DNA from: a virus
Taxonomy: Duplodnaviria; Caudoviricetes
IMG/VR virus record: IMGVR_UViG_3300033067_000809
Span: 1-57,539 of that record
Length of the DNA: 57,539 nt
Strand: one strand, 5' to 3'
A program made the translations under genes and the position numbers. The notes under the pieces were generated by a model, which was not told the DNA's origin, did no database searches, and saw only the letters and a list, made by a program, of their open reading frames with translations. Within the stretch, counting starts at the first letter, position 1. Each line of letters opens with the position of its first letter. This document shows, in pieces, positions 1 through 8,079 of the stretch.

Positions 1-146
1 CATGCTGTGTGCGCGGTACGTAGGGGGCGGGGGCGGGTGGGGTGGGGGGTGGGGGGCCTGTGGGGGGTAGGGGGGGGCCTGGACCTAGACAAGCCGCATA
101 GGGTGTAGGGCAGCAAGCCTGGCGCCGCAAGGAGCTAGACATGCTG
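1..146 (+). repeat. Left copy of terminal direct repeat
   Basis: Identical to 57393-57539 except that the last G-run is G8 here and G9 at the right end. Confidence 0.95.
23..77 (+). other. G-tract array (putative G-quadruplex)
   Basis: Eight G-runs of 5,5,3,4,6,6,6,8 nt with 1-5 nt linkers. Confidence 0.7.
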
Positions 147-160
147 CATACACTGAGCGG

Positions 161-500
161 TGGTCGTGCCGTTCGCTGGGTTCGCCCTGCAATACCTGTC
201 GCCTTATCACCGACGTGCCGCGTTTACGCCCGGCAAGGTATCAAGCGTGGCATTAAAATTCATAAGCGGGATAATCTGATGGTGTCAAGGCGACCTAATG
301 GGCGCGGAGAGTCGTCGAACGGCAGCAAAGCTGCACGTGTTCCCGTCCCGGCTAAGGCGCCGGGCCATTTTTGCGGGTTTAGGGGAAACCTGCCGGACAA
401 TGTCCGACTCCATCGTCGTAAAGCCGCGCAAGCGACAGACGTAAACAGGCCGGGCAAACCTGGGAGTCGGTTTCATTATGTATCCATGTCGGGTACATAT
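161..500 (+). ncRNA. Putative large structured RNA / leader
   Basis: No credible CDS; nested helices 167-175/316-324, 183-187/300-304, 198-205/287-294, 216-225/243-252, 347-352/359-364, 373-380/386-393, 404-411/463-470, 477-485/491-499; G-U pairs and a GCAA tetraloop. Confidence 0.65.
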
Positions 501-518
501 CAAGCCAAAGGAAAAACC

Positions 519-719
519 ATGTCCGCAGAACTGAACACGACTGAAAACGCATTGGATGCCGAGCTGCAAAGCTGGCTGGATGATGCAGACGTCGCATTCC
601 AAAAGCGTGAGGCTGATCGTCGCGCCCTTGAAAAACGGGCGCTGAAAAACCTTGGCAGCTGGGAGCAAATGAAGTTCGACCTGCGCCGCCACCTCTACAA
701 AAAGGCGATAGGCGCGTAA
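519..719 (+). CDS. Early hypothetical protein (66 aa, MSAELNTT...)
   Basis: AAAGGA SD before ATG 519; true start inside ORF 141..719. Confidence 0.8.
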   Translation: MSAELNTTENALDAELQSWLDDADVAFQKREADRRALEKRALKNLGSWEQMKFDLRRHLYKKAIGA

Positions 720-766
720 ACAGTTTAGACCATCGGTCAGCGTGCTGGCCTTTGGTGTGCACTGTT
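719..766 (+). promoter_or_regulatory. Conserved intergenic hairpin, copy 1
   Basis: Aligns without gaps to copies 2 and 3, with compensatory base changes. Confidence 0.8.
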
Positions 767-798
767 CTTTTTGCACATAACCGCCAAAGGAAAAAACC

Positions 799-1329
799 AT
801 GTCCGAAGTAACTATCTCCAAGACCATCCTGGCCGAAGCTTTCGCAAAGGCCCGAATCGAATTTGGAGTCGGCACCGAAGCTGACTTCACGGCGACCCGG
901 GTTAGTGCGAAGGGCAAGGCCACCACGCGCTCAGAGCTGGGCGTGGCCCTGTCGGGGAATAAGGTTGAGCGGGCGAAGCATGTGGCGCATATCGCGCTCA
1001 CCATGTGGGTCACGGGCAAGCTGCCGCAACTGTCGGCAGAGATTCGCCGCGTGTTCCCGAAGCTGGAGCAGGCTGTAAGCGCGCAAAACGCCGCGATCAA
1101 TAGCCTGATCAAGACTAATCCTGAGCTGGCCGGCAAGCTGCGGCTGATCAGTATCGACCGGCCTGCAAAGGCCGATATTGGCAAGATGTTCGATCTTGCC
1201 AAAGACCTGGCCGGCGCCGACAAAGGCGAAAAGGCCAAGATGATCGCCGTAGGGCAAGTCATCAATGAGTATGAAATCCGGGCCCGCGCCATTGCGCTCG
1301 AGCTGGCAGCGCTGGAGCAGACCGCGTAA
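799..1329 (+). CDS. Early hypothetical protein (176 aa)
   Basis: Same RBS block as the gene at 519 (GCCAAAGGAAAAA(A)CCATGTCCG); coding-like composition. Confidence 0.85.
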   Translation: MSEVTISKTILAEAFAKARIEFGVGTEADFTATRVSAKGKATTRSELGVALSGNKVERAKHVAHIALTMWVTGKLPQLSAEIRRVFPKLEQAVSAQNAAINSLIKTNPELAGKLRLISIDRPAKADIGKMFDLAKDLAGADKGEKAKMIAVGQVINEYEIRARAIALELAALEQTA

Positions 1330-1381
1330 GACGGTACAAACCATTGGCCAGCGTGCTGGCCCTTGTTGTGCATCGTCGCAC
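1330..1381 (+). promoter_or_regulatory. Conserved intergenic hairpin, copy 2
   Basis: 50/52 nt identical to 1671-1722. Confidence 0.85.
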
Positions 1382-1396
1382 GAAAGGAGGAACGCC

Positions 1397-1672
1397 GTGT
1401 CAAGACAGATTACAGTCCGCCGCGCCAAAACGCCCTACAAGCCCGAACCGAAGGTGTTTAGTGGGGGTACCGCCCCGACGCCCGAACGGGCCGTCGTAGA
1501 GGGGTCAGGGCGCGTTCTGCAGGGGGGTTTGCCCCCAGTGCCATACCGCACGCCCTGGGCGCGGGCCGACCTCACGGGGCGCGGGGCGCGGGAGCCGTTC
1601 GCTTCCAAGGCGGTCAAAGCCGAGTTCTATGCCGCCAGGCGGGATGCCGCCGGCGATCCGGTGGACCAATGA
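1397..1672 (+). CDS. Early hypothetical protein (GTG start)
   Basis: AAGGAGG SD upstream of GTG 1397. Confidence 0.7.
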   Translation: MSRQITVRRAKTPYKPEPKVFSGGTAPTPERAVVEGSGRVLQGGLPPVPYRTPWARADLTGRGAREPFASKAVKAEFYAARRDAAGDPVDQ

Positions 1673-1722
1673 CGGTTCAAACCATTGGCCAGCGCGCTGG
1701 CCCTTGTTGTGCATCGTCGCAC
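1671..1722 (+). promoter_or_regulatory. Conserved intergenic hairpin, copy 3
   Basis: 50/52 nt identical to 1330-1381; overlaps the upstream stop codon. Confidence 0.85.
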
Positions 1723-1741
1723 AGTGCCAAGAAAGATACAT

Positions 1742-1945
1742 ATGTCCGCACACCAAAAAAACCCGGCGCGCACACTGCAGCGCATCGATTGGACAGACTT
1801 AGAGTCTGTCATGGCCCAGGCTCTGCGCTTTGGGCCTGGCATGGTCGTCGTCAAGCATGATACCCGCGCAAACTTCAACATTACACACGCGGAGCGCCCA
1901 GACTTGTGGGACAGGCCTGACGTGACCGTACTGTTCCGCACATGA
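1742..1945 (+). CDS. Early hypothetical protein (67 aa)
   Basis: ATG 1742 after the hairpin and a purine-rich leader. Confidence 0.65.
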   Translation: MSAHQKNPARTLQRIDWTDLESVMAQALRFGPGMVVVKHDTRANFNITHAERPDLWDRPDVTVLFRT

Positions 1946-2530
1946 AGGGGGTGGTACATACGTATGTATAGGGCAAACCCTATACACATGCCAAGCTGTC
2001 CATATGTATGCCGCAGGGCATACATATTTAGGCACAATCAGGCAGACACCATGAGGTTGTCTTATTACCTGTCTTAATAGGCTCTCTAGAGGAGAAACCA
2101 CCCTTTTTAGACCCCCTATTAAGACAATAAGACAATAAGACAGCAAAAACGGACCAGAAACAGTTTTGGCCCTTTTTCTGCGAGCCTATGACGCGCTGCA
2201 GCGCGTCATGTGTATGGTCGTTACGCATAAGACCGAACGCACACATGGACCCCCATAAATCCTGCCTCATCCAAACCGGGTCTGCCTGAATACACCCAAA
2301 AACGCACTTTTCCCCTGTAAAATCATGGGGTTAGCTTTAAGACAGCCCGGTTTTCGCCTTTTGCCTGATTACCCCAAACCCTGTCTTATTGCTTAAATTT
2401 TGAGCATATGTATGCCTTTTGAGCCCCGCCCCGTGCGCCCCTGGTGTCTGATCCGCCGGCACCACCTCAGAAATCATACGTATGCGCAAGCATAGCCCCT
2501 CCGTATGTATATTTCATACGTAACCCCACC
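1946..2530. other. Non-coding iteron/palindrome region, candidate replication origin or control region
   Basis: TAAGACA/TGTCTTA repeats, several perfect inverted repeats, lower GC, no credible CDS. Confidence 0.5.
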
Positions 2531-2542
2531 TTGGAGACCTCC

Positions 2543-2854
2543 ATGACCCCCAAAATCACGACTTGGACCCTCGCCATCGGCGTGGCCGCCATCCTCGCCG
2601 CCAGCTACCTGATCGACGGACCGAGCGAGCTGGAGATGGCGCAGGCGCAGGCTGCCGACCTGGCTGAGGCGCAATCGCAGGCCCAGTACGTATCAAAACT
2701 GACCCGCGAGTGCCACCGCTTGCGCGGCCCCAGCGCCGAGCTGCTGCAGATTAGAGAATCCGGCGATTACGTATGCCGCGTGGTCGAGATCGATCCGGTA
2801 CCTGCCGAGATCCTCCATCGATACGCATCCCTGGCCCTGGGGGCTCGGCCGTGA
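2543..2854 (+). CDS. Hypothetical protein with N-terminal TM/signal segment
   Basis: GGAG SD; WTLAIGVAAILAASYLI hydrophobic stretch. Confidence 0.75.
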   Translation: MTPKITTWTLAIGVAAILAASYLIDGPSELEMAQAQAADLAEAQSQAQYVSKLTRECHRLRGPSAELLQIRESGDYVCRVVEIDPVPAEILHRYASLALGARP

Positions 2855-3057
2855 CGACGGTTATCACTGGGGCTGCCCAGATCCAACGAGCCCGCTTAGT
2901 GACCCTGCGGGCTGCACTGCGCCTGGAGATTGCCGGCCTGCGCCGGCGCGGCCCCAGCGCCTACGCCATCCTCAAGCATGAGCTCGAGCTGCCTCGCGCC
3001 AGCCGCCAGGAAGTCCTTGCTGCCCTGAACCTTACCCTGTCCAACGCACTGGAGTAA
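2851..3057 (+). CDS. Hypothetical protein
   Basis: GTGA overlap with the upstream stop. Confidence 0.7.
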   Translation: MTTVITGAAQIQRARLVTLRAALRLEIAGLRRRGPSAYAILKHELELPRASRQEVLAALNLTLSNALE

Positions 3058-3061
3058 AGCC

Positions 3062-3358
3062 ATGATCTGCATCACCACCCCCACCCGAGGCATACTGACC
3101 CGCGCAAAACAAGCGCTGGCACGTCTTCTGGGCATCAAGCCCCCGCCAGCGCCGCCTGTACGCATCATCGCAGTCCACGCACGGATTGATGGGTTCGGGC
3201 AGACCCGCCTCTACCCCGCCTGCCATCTGGCCCAGCACTTCGCTGACATTGCAGGAACCAAGACCCTGACTGACCGCACGTTGCACCACATCCTTCGCAT
3301 GGGGTACTTGGTGCAGCTCGAGTCCGAACTCGGCCCTGAGTTCAGCACTTTCCTCTGA
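3062..3358 (+). CDS. Conserved phage hypothetical (YPAC..A..FA..AGTKTLT motif)
   Basis: GGAG SD; motif recalled from phage early genes. Confidence 0.75.
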   Translation: MICITTPTRGILTRAKQALARLLGIKPPPAPPVRIIAVHARIDGFGQTRLYPACHLAQHFADIAGTKTLTDRTLHHILRMGYLVQLESELGPEFSTFL

Positions 3359-3386
3359 TACATCACCACCACAAAGGAGCACCATC

Positions 3387-3938
3387 ATGGGATGGACATT
3401 CAACTGCAGCCGCTCGTTCGGCAAAAAAGAGCTGGTCGCTGAGCTGCGCCAGCCGGCCCGCTACGGCGACAGTCAGCGCCTGATCAAATCGTCGGTCGTG
3501 GGTAACCACCACTGGTATGTGGCCGAGATCCTCGCCACCGGTGAGCGATACATCGGGCTGGACCTCATGCAGTCCGGCTACCCGGACCACGGCTGGGGCT
3601 ACAAAGACATGACCGAGGGCTGTGGCCCTTGCTACTACGACTGCCCGCTGGGTTTCTTGGATCTGGTGCCCAACGTGCCCGAGCCCTATGGCGCCGAGTG
3701 GCGCGAGAAAGTGCGAGCTCACCACGCCAGCCGACTGGCCAGACGGCGCAATCCGCACAAGCCGGGGGACATGGTGAGCTACGGCGGCACCACCTACACG
3801 CTGGTCCAGAACCTGGGCCGCAGAGGCTGGTCGGTCACCCCAGGCCGGGACCCGTACTGGCACACACTGCGCATGACTTCCAAGCAACTAGCCCGGGCCA
3901 AGCGCCTGGCGCCCACCACCGAGGAGCACTCAGCATGA
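3387..3938 (+). CDS. DUF6927-like protein
   Basis: MGW start and WGYKDMTE.CGP.YYDCP...EWRE motifs; AAGGAG SD. Confidence 0.7.
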   Translation: MGWTFNCSRSFGKKELVAELRQPARYGDSQRLIKSSVVGNHHWYVAEILATGERYIGLDLMQSGYPDHGWGYKDMTEGCGPCYYDCPLGFLDLVPNVPEPYGAEWREKVRAHHASRLARRRNPHKPGDMVSYGGTTYTLVQNLGRRGWSVTPGRDPYWHTLRMTSKQLARAKRLAPTTEEHSA

Positions 3939-4297
3939 GCCACGAAGAAACCATGCTGGCCGCATACATCGCGGCTATGTACTTCACCGAAACCGGCGAG
4001 GAGGGGCAGCCGCCGTCCTACGCCCCGATGACCCCACTGACCAGGATGCATGCTCACAGGGCTTGTCGCGACTTTCGCGAGGCGGTCGGTCCGCACGGCG
4101 GCGCCAGCCTGGGCTCGATCGAAGGCTACGACGAGCTGCCCTGGGAGCAGATCGGCCACGACTTGTGGCTGACGCGCAACCGGCACGGCACCGGCTTTTG
4201 GGACCGGAAGTGCTACACCGAAGCCCAGGCCGACTTGTTCTGCCGCCTGGCGGCAGCCATGGGCTCCTACGACCCCAACTTCTTGGAAACCGAATGA
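3935..4297 (+). CDS. Conserved hypothetical (GHDLWLTRNRHGTGFWDR motif)
   Basis: GAGGAG SD and ATGA coupling. Confidence 0.75.
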   Translation: MSHEETMLAAYIAAMYFTETGEEGQPPSYAPMTPLTRMHAHRACRDFREAVGPHGGASLGSIEGYDELPWEQIGHDLWLTRNRHGTGFWDRKCYTEAQADLFCRLAAAMGSYDPNFLETE

Positions 4298-4581
4298 TGA
4301 ACCGAATCTCCATCACCCGCGCTGTGCGCGAGTTCATCCGCTCCGGCGGCTTCGTCTGGCCTGGTGGCTACCCCTGCGCCCTGCTCATGGGCGACGGCGA
4401 AGTGATCGACGCCAAGTCCGCCCATGAGAACTACCGCCTGATCCTCCAGGCGCTGCGCCAGCGCGGCACCGACTTGCAATGGGAGCCCTGCCAGGTGTTC
4501 ATCCACTGGGAATGCCCGCCGCTGATCTGCGCCCACTCCGGTCGCGAGATCGAGTCCGCCTATGGGGAGGTGGAGGCGTGA
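4294..4581 (+). CDS. Hypothetical protein (WPGGYP motif)
   Basis: ATGA coupling. Confidence 0.7.
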   Translation: MMNRISITRAVREFIRSGGFVWPGGYPCALLMGDGEVIDAKSAHENYRLILQALRQRGTDLQWEPCQVFIHWECPPLICAHSGREIESAYGEVEA

Positions 4582-4787
4582 TCCCGGTATCCCGCGAAGA
4601 GTTCCTGGCCTACGTCGGCCCGAGGGACATCGTCCTTGTGTCACGAGCAGACCACACGATCTGGCAGACCCGTGACCGACAGGTAGTAGGCCGCACAACC
4701 CCAGGCTACGCCAACCAGTGGGGCCCCAACGGGCCCGCCCATGCAACCTACGAGCTGATCGCCAGCGCAGCCAAGACGGCTGGCTGA
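4578..4787 (+). CDS. Hypothetical protein
   Basis: GGAGG SD; GTGA coupling. Confidence 0.65.
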   Translation: MIPVSREEFLAYVGPRDIVLVSRADHTIWQTRDRQVVGRTTPGYANQWGPNGPAHATYELIASAAKTAG

Positions 4788-4832
4788 CCACACAACCCGG
4801 GGCGCTTCGCCCCACCTATTTGAGCCCAAACC

Positions 4833-5069
4833 ATGACCCACACATTTATCGTGAAGATCAACTGCGGCAATGCCGCGTTCGCCGACGAGGCTGGCAACGT
4901 CATACCCGACACGGCGGCGCCCGAGCTGGCGCGCATCCTGCGCCACATTGCTGACCGGGTTGAGGCTAGCACCGACTTCGACTGGTTCAAGACCGTCTAC
5001 GACGTGAATGGCAACGACGTGGGCCGCTACGCCCTGAAGCCTGGCCAGTTCATGCTGAAGGAGGTTTGA
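4833..5069 (+). CDS. Conserved hypothetical (NAAF...ELARILR...DVNGNDVG)
   Basis: Recurring small phage protein motif. Confidence 0.75.
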   Translation: MTHTFIVKINCGNAAFADEAGNVIPDTAAPELARILRHIADRVEASTDFDWFKTVYDVNGNDVGRYALKPGQFMLKEV

Positions 5070-5071
5070 CC

Positions 5072-5245
5072 ATGAGCCTGCTTGCACACGCCACCCGCGC
5101 AGCCTGGGGTATGCAGAAAGAACGCCGCGAGCTGGACAAGCAACGACTGCTCGAAGTCAACGAGGCCAAGCGCATTCAGCGCGAAACGGGCTGCACCTGG
5201 GCCGAGGCGATCCGGCGCGCGGCCGGGGTCAACAACAGGAGCTGA
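5072..5245 (+). CDS. Small hypothetical (57 aa, MSLLAHATR...), not in the ORF track
   Basis: AAGGAGG SD; fills the gap between genes. Confidence 0.65.
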   Translation: MSLLAHATRAAWGMQKERRELDKQRLLEVNEAKRIQRETGCTWAEAIRRAAGVNNRS

Positions 5246-5247
5246 TC

Positions 5248-5391
5248 ATGACCGAAGACGAGATCAACGACATGGACCGCAAGGAGCTAATCCACTACCT
5301 CGAGGGCTGGGGCTTCCAGTGCTATGACTGGGAGACGACCGACGAACTGCGCGACGCAGCCCTAGACAACCTCAGGACCGAGGGAGCCTGA
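5248..5391 (+). CDS. Small acidic protein (47 aa, MTEDEINDMD...), not in the ORF track
   Basis: AGGAG SD; D/E-rich. Confidence 0.65.
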   Translation: MTEDEINDMDRKELIHYLEGWGFQCYDWETTDELRDAALDNLRTEGA

Positions 5392-5476
5392 CGACAGCGC
5401 CAGTGCCAGCCGGGTGACAGCCGGCTGTCGCGGGAACTGACAAGCCCGAATCCAACCACCAAGCAAGGAGCTGACC

Positions 5477-6007
5477 ATGCACATTGCACGAAACGAAGAC
5501 GCGCCGCAATACACAAAGCCGGCCCGCGCACGCCAAGCCAAGGCCGCGCCGATGAGCGCCGACGACAAGACCATCCTCAAGGCACTGGAGATCCTGCGCC
5601 AGCGCCTCACGAACCCCACCAACACTATGGACTCACCGCAGGCCATGGGCAAGTTCCTGGTGCTGCACGCTGGCGCGCCGGGTCGCGACCTGCATCGGGA
5701 GTATTTCACAGTCGTCTACCTCGACTCGCAGCACCGCGTGATCGCTGTAGCCGACGAGTTTGTCGGCACGCTGACTCAGACCTCGGTCTACCCCAAGGAG
5801 ATCGTGCGATCAGCACTCACGCACAACGCTGCGGCCGTGGTCTTGAGCCACAACCACCCCAGCGGCGCCACGCAGCCTTCGCGCGCCGACGAATCACTGA
5901 CCAGCACCCTCAAGACCGCGCTGGCGCTGGTTGACGTTCGAGTCCTGGACCACATCATCACCGCCGGCGCGGCGTTCACCAGCATGGCCGAACTCGGCCT
6001 CGTTTGA
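5477..6007 (+). CDS. RadC-like JAB/MPN domain protein
   Basis: E.F.V.YLD, HNHPSG, PSRAD and VLDHII motifs. Confidence 0.92.
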   Translation: MHIARNEDAPQYTKPARARQAKAAPMSADDKTILKALEILRQRLTNPTNTMDSPQAMGKFLVLHAGAPGRDLHREYFTVVYLDSQHRVIAVADEFVGTLTQTSVYPKEIVRSALTHNAAAVVLSHNHPSGATQPSRADESLTSTLKTALALVDVRVLDHIITAGAAFTSMAELGLV

Positions 6008-6016
6008 AAGACCACT

Positions 6017-6295
6017 ATGAGCAAATATTGGGTTGAAGCCACTTACACCACAGGGGTTCAAGGCACCGTCGCGTTCCCCGAGGGCAAGTCCTGGGATGAC
6101 GTGCAAGACTGGTACATCAAATGGGACTATCTGCACGCCCTGTTCAAGGGCGAGAAGATGTACCGGGAGTTCCCCCTGAACTCCGACAGCTCGGGTGACA
6201 GCACCGACTGGAAGCGCCCTAACACGGTCACTGTGCTTGCGTCAGACGAAGACGGCGACCCCGACTACGACACCATAGTCGCCGAGACTGAATAA
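6017..6295 (+). CDS. Acidic hypothetical protein
   Basis: ORF in operon order; D/E-rich C-terminus. Confidence 0.7.
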   Translation: MSKYWVEATYTTGVQGTVAFPEGKSWDDVQDWYIKWDYLHALFKGEKMYREFPLNSDSSGDSTDWKRPNTVTVLASDEDGDPDYDTIVAETE

Positions 6296-6340
6296 CCATC
6301 AACCCCGGGCCCAATCGGGCCCGCCTTTCGGAGCCCAACC

Positions 6341-6586
6341 ATGATCAAGTGCTACCTGCGCCAAGGCAACGACTACCTGGAAGACGCCAAGCTCATGCCA
6401 TCCTTGGCAGCTGCCAAGGCCGAGTTTGAGTTCACTGCCCGGGAGCTGGCCAGATTCGACCAGAAAATCCAGGCCACGATCCACATCTACGACCCGCGTG
6501 TGAACGACGCACCGTTCTGCCACGAGTACCCCGACTACGTGCTCAGCCTCGGCCCCAAAGGCGGCCTGCGCTGCGACCGGGCATAA
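6341..6586 (+). CDS. Hypothetical protein (C-terminal LGPKGGLR motif)
   Basis: GGAG SD. Confidence 0.7.
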   Translation: MIKCYLRQGNDYLEDAKLMPSLAAAKAEFEFTARELARFDQKIQATIHIYDPRVNDAPFCHEYPDYVLSLGPKGGLRCDRA

Positions 6587-6609
6587 GTTAACCCACCACG
6601 AGGAAAAGA

Positions 6610-7035
6610 ATGAACAAGGAGCTTTTACCATGGGATACGGACCCGTTCGAGGCGGCAAGCAGCTGCCCATCACACCCCGCAACGGGCGCAACTGGTGCGA
6701 CCTTGCCAACACCCCGATCGACGCCAGCATCCGGCGACTCGCCGCCGAGCGCCTCCCAGCCACCAACCCAAGAGCCCTCAGGCTCCCTTTGGGACGGCCT
6801 CAAGGCCATGCGGGACAGCTCGAAGCAGAGGCGGGCTGAGCACCGGGAGTACGCCCCGAAGGTGCTGGCGGACCGAGGCTTCCACTTCGAGGCCAAGAAC
6901 GGGGGTGCCCACCTGATTGTCGACGCCGCACTCGGCAAGATCGACTACTGGCCGGGGACAGGCCTGTGGGTCTGCCGCTACGGCCTTCGAGGCCGGGGCC
7001 TGCAGCCCCTGCTGCAACACCTGAACAAGTTTTGA
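6610..7035 (+). CDS. Hypothetical protein (NGGAHLIV...IDYWPGTG.W)
   Basis: GAGG SD; conserved-looking C-terminal half. Confidence 0.7.
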   Translation: MNKELLPWDTDPFEAASSCPSHPATGATGATLPTPRSTPASGDSPPSASQPPTQEPSGSLWDGLKAMRDSSKQRRAEHREYAPKVLADRGFHFEAKNGGAHLIVDAALGKIDYWPGTGLWVCRYGLRGRGLQPLLQHLNKF

Positions 7036-7071
7036 ACCCGGGGCGCCCTGCCCCACAACCTGGAGAAAACC

Positions 7072-7395
7072 ATGAACGCAAAGACCACGCTGCGCACCAT
7101 CGCAGCCTACGAAGCCAACCGCCGCCGCACAATCCTCGCGGACCTGGCCCCAAACACCATGACCCTGATCTCGGGGATGGCGTCCTACTGGAGCGAGTCC
7201 ACCGAGCTGACCGTCACACAGGCGGCCACCACCCTCGACCTTGGGCTTTCGACGAGCACGGTGCACCGCACTTTGAAGGTCCTGCGCCAGCGCGGCTTGG
7301 TTGACCTCCGCACCGATGATTTTGACCAGCGGGTCAAGTACGTCACCCCGACCGCCAAGCTCCTCGACGCGCTGCACGTGATAGCCGCTCGCTGA
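7072..7395 (+). CDS. MarR-type winged-helix regulator
   Basis: LSTSTVHRTLKVLRQRGLV...DQRVKYVTPT helix and wing. Confidence 0.85.
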   Translation: MNAKTTLRTIAAYEANRRRTILADLAPNTMTLISGMASYWSESTELTVTQAATTLDLGLSTSTVHRTLKVLRQRGLVDLRTDDFDQRVKYVTPTAKLLDALHVIAAR

Positions 7396-7397
7396 CC

Positions 7398-7526
7398 ATG
7401 CTGATCTTGATCTGCGACCACTGCGGGCGCACGTTCGCCCCAGACGAAGGCCTATTGCCGGGTGGCGAATGCCCGGCAGAGGACTGCCCATCCAACGACA
7501 CCGAAGGAGAAGACGAATGCTGCTGA
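7398..7526 (+). CDS. Small Cys-rich zinc-finger-like protein (42 aa)
   Basis: CDHC...CPAEDC; fills the gap between genes. Confidence 0.45.
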   Translation: MLILICDHCGRTFAPDEGLLPGGECPAEDCPSNDTEGEDECC

Positions 7527-7849
7527 TTGAAACCCTGGCCCGCCGGGCGACCAACCCGAAAAACCTAGCCGATCGACTCGACGCCCTAGTTGCGCTCAAG
7601 GAGCTGCTCGACGACATGACCGCTGTTCGCGAGACCCACGCTACCGCCGTTCAGGCGGCTCAGGATGAGTACAACGATGACGGCATCGAGATCGACGACG
7701 ACCCGCTCTTGAGTGTGGGAGACAACGGCGTGTGGGTGTCCGCATGGGTGTACGTCCAGACCGACCCCGACTTGCCCAAGCCCCCGCCAGGCTACTCCGC
7801 CGAGGAGCTCGAGCGCGACAACCCCTACAACCAATGGATGCACGAATGA
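7517..7849 (+). CDS. Acidic hypothetical protein
   Basis: AAGGAG SD; IEIDDD...GVWVSAWVYV motif. Confidence 0.7.
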   Translation: MLLIETLARRATNPKNLADRLDALVALKELLDDMTAVRETHATAVQAAQDEYNDDGIEIDDDPLLSVGDNGVWVSAWVYVQTDPDLPKPPPGYSAEELERDNPYNQWMHE

Positions 7850-8079
7850 ACAAGTTTTACATGGTCATTGGCCGCATGGCCGGCGACGACGAAGACACCG
7901 CACTGGCGATCTGGGCCGACTCATCGGACACCGCATGCGACCAGTTCCGCCAACTTATGTGGGCCCCAGAGGGGTGCACCCCCAAAGAGATCCAGGAACT
8001 AGAAAGCTCCGAGCAAGGCGTATTTATCACCCACGTCCTGTTCTCCGAAAGCCCCATCAACCAACAGAGGTACGAATGA
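7846..8079 (+). CDS. Hypothetical protein
   Basis: ATGA coupling. Confidence 0.65.
   Translation: MNKFYMVIGRMAGDDEDTALAIWADSSDTACDQFRQLMWAPEGCTPKEIQELESSEQGVFITHVLFSESPINQQRYE

Noticed and set aside
446-470. GGGCAAACC resembling the start of a c-di-GMP-I riboswitch
   Set aside because: The following GNRA-capped stem and second hairpin of that motif are not evident
141-518. N-terminal extension of ORF 141..719
   Set aside because: No SD and Arg/Pro-rich non-coding-like translation; the real start is ATG 519
719-1722. Hairpin repeats as a CRISPR array, guide-RNA array or integron attC sites
   Set aside because: The repeats are separated by whole genes; no cas or integron-integrase gene; attC core boxes are not conserved across copies
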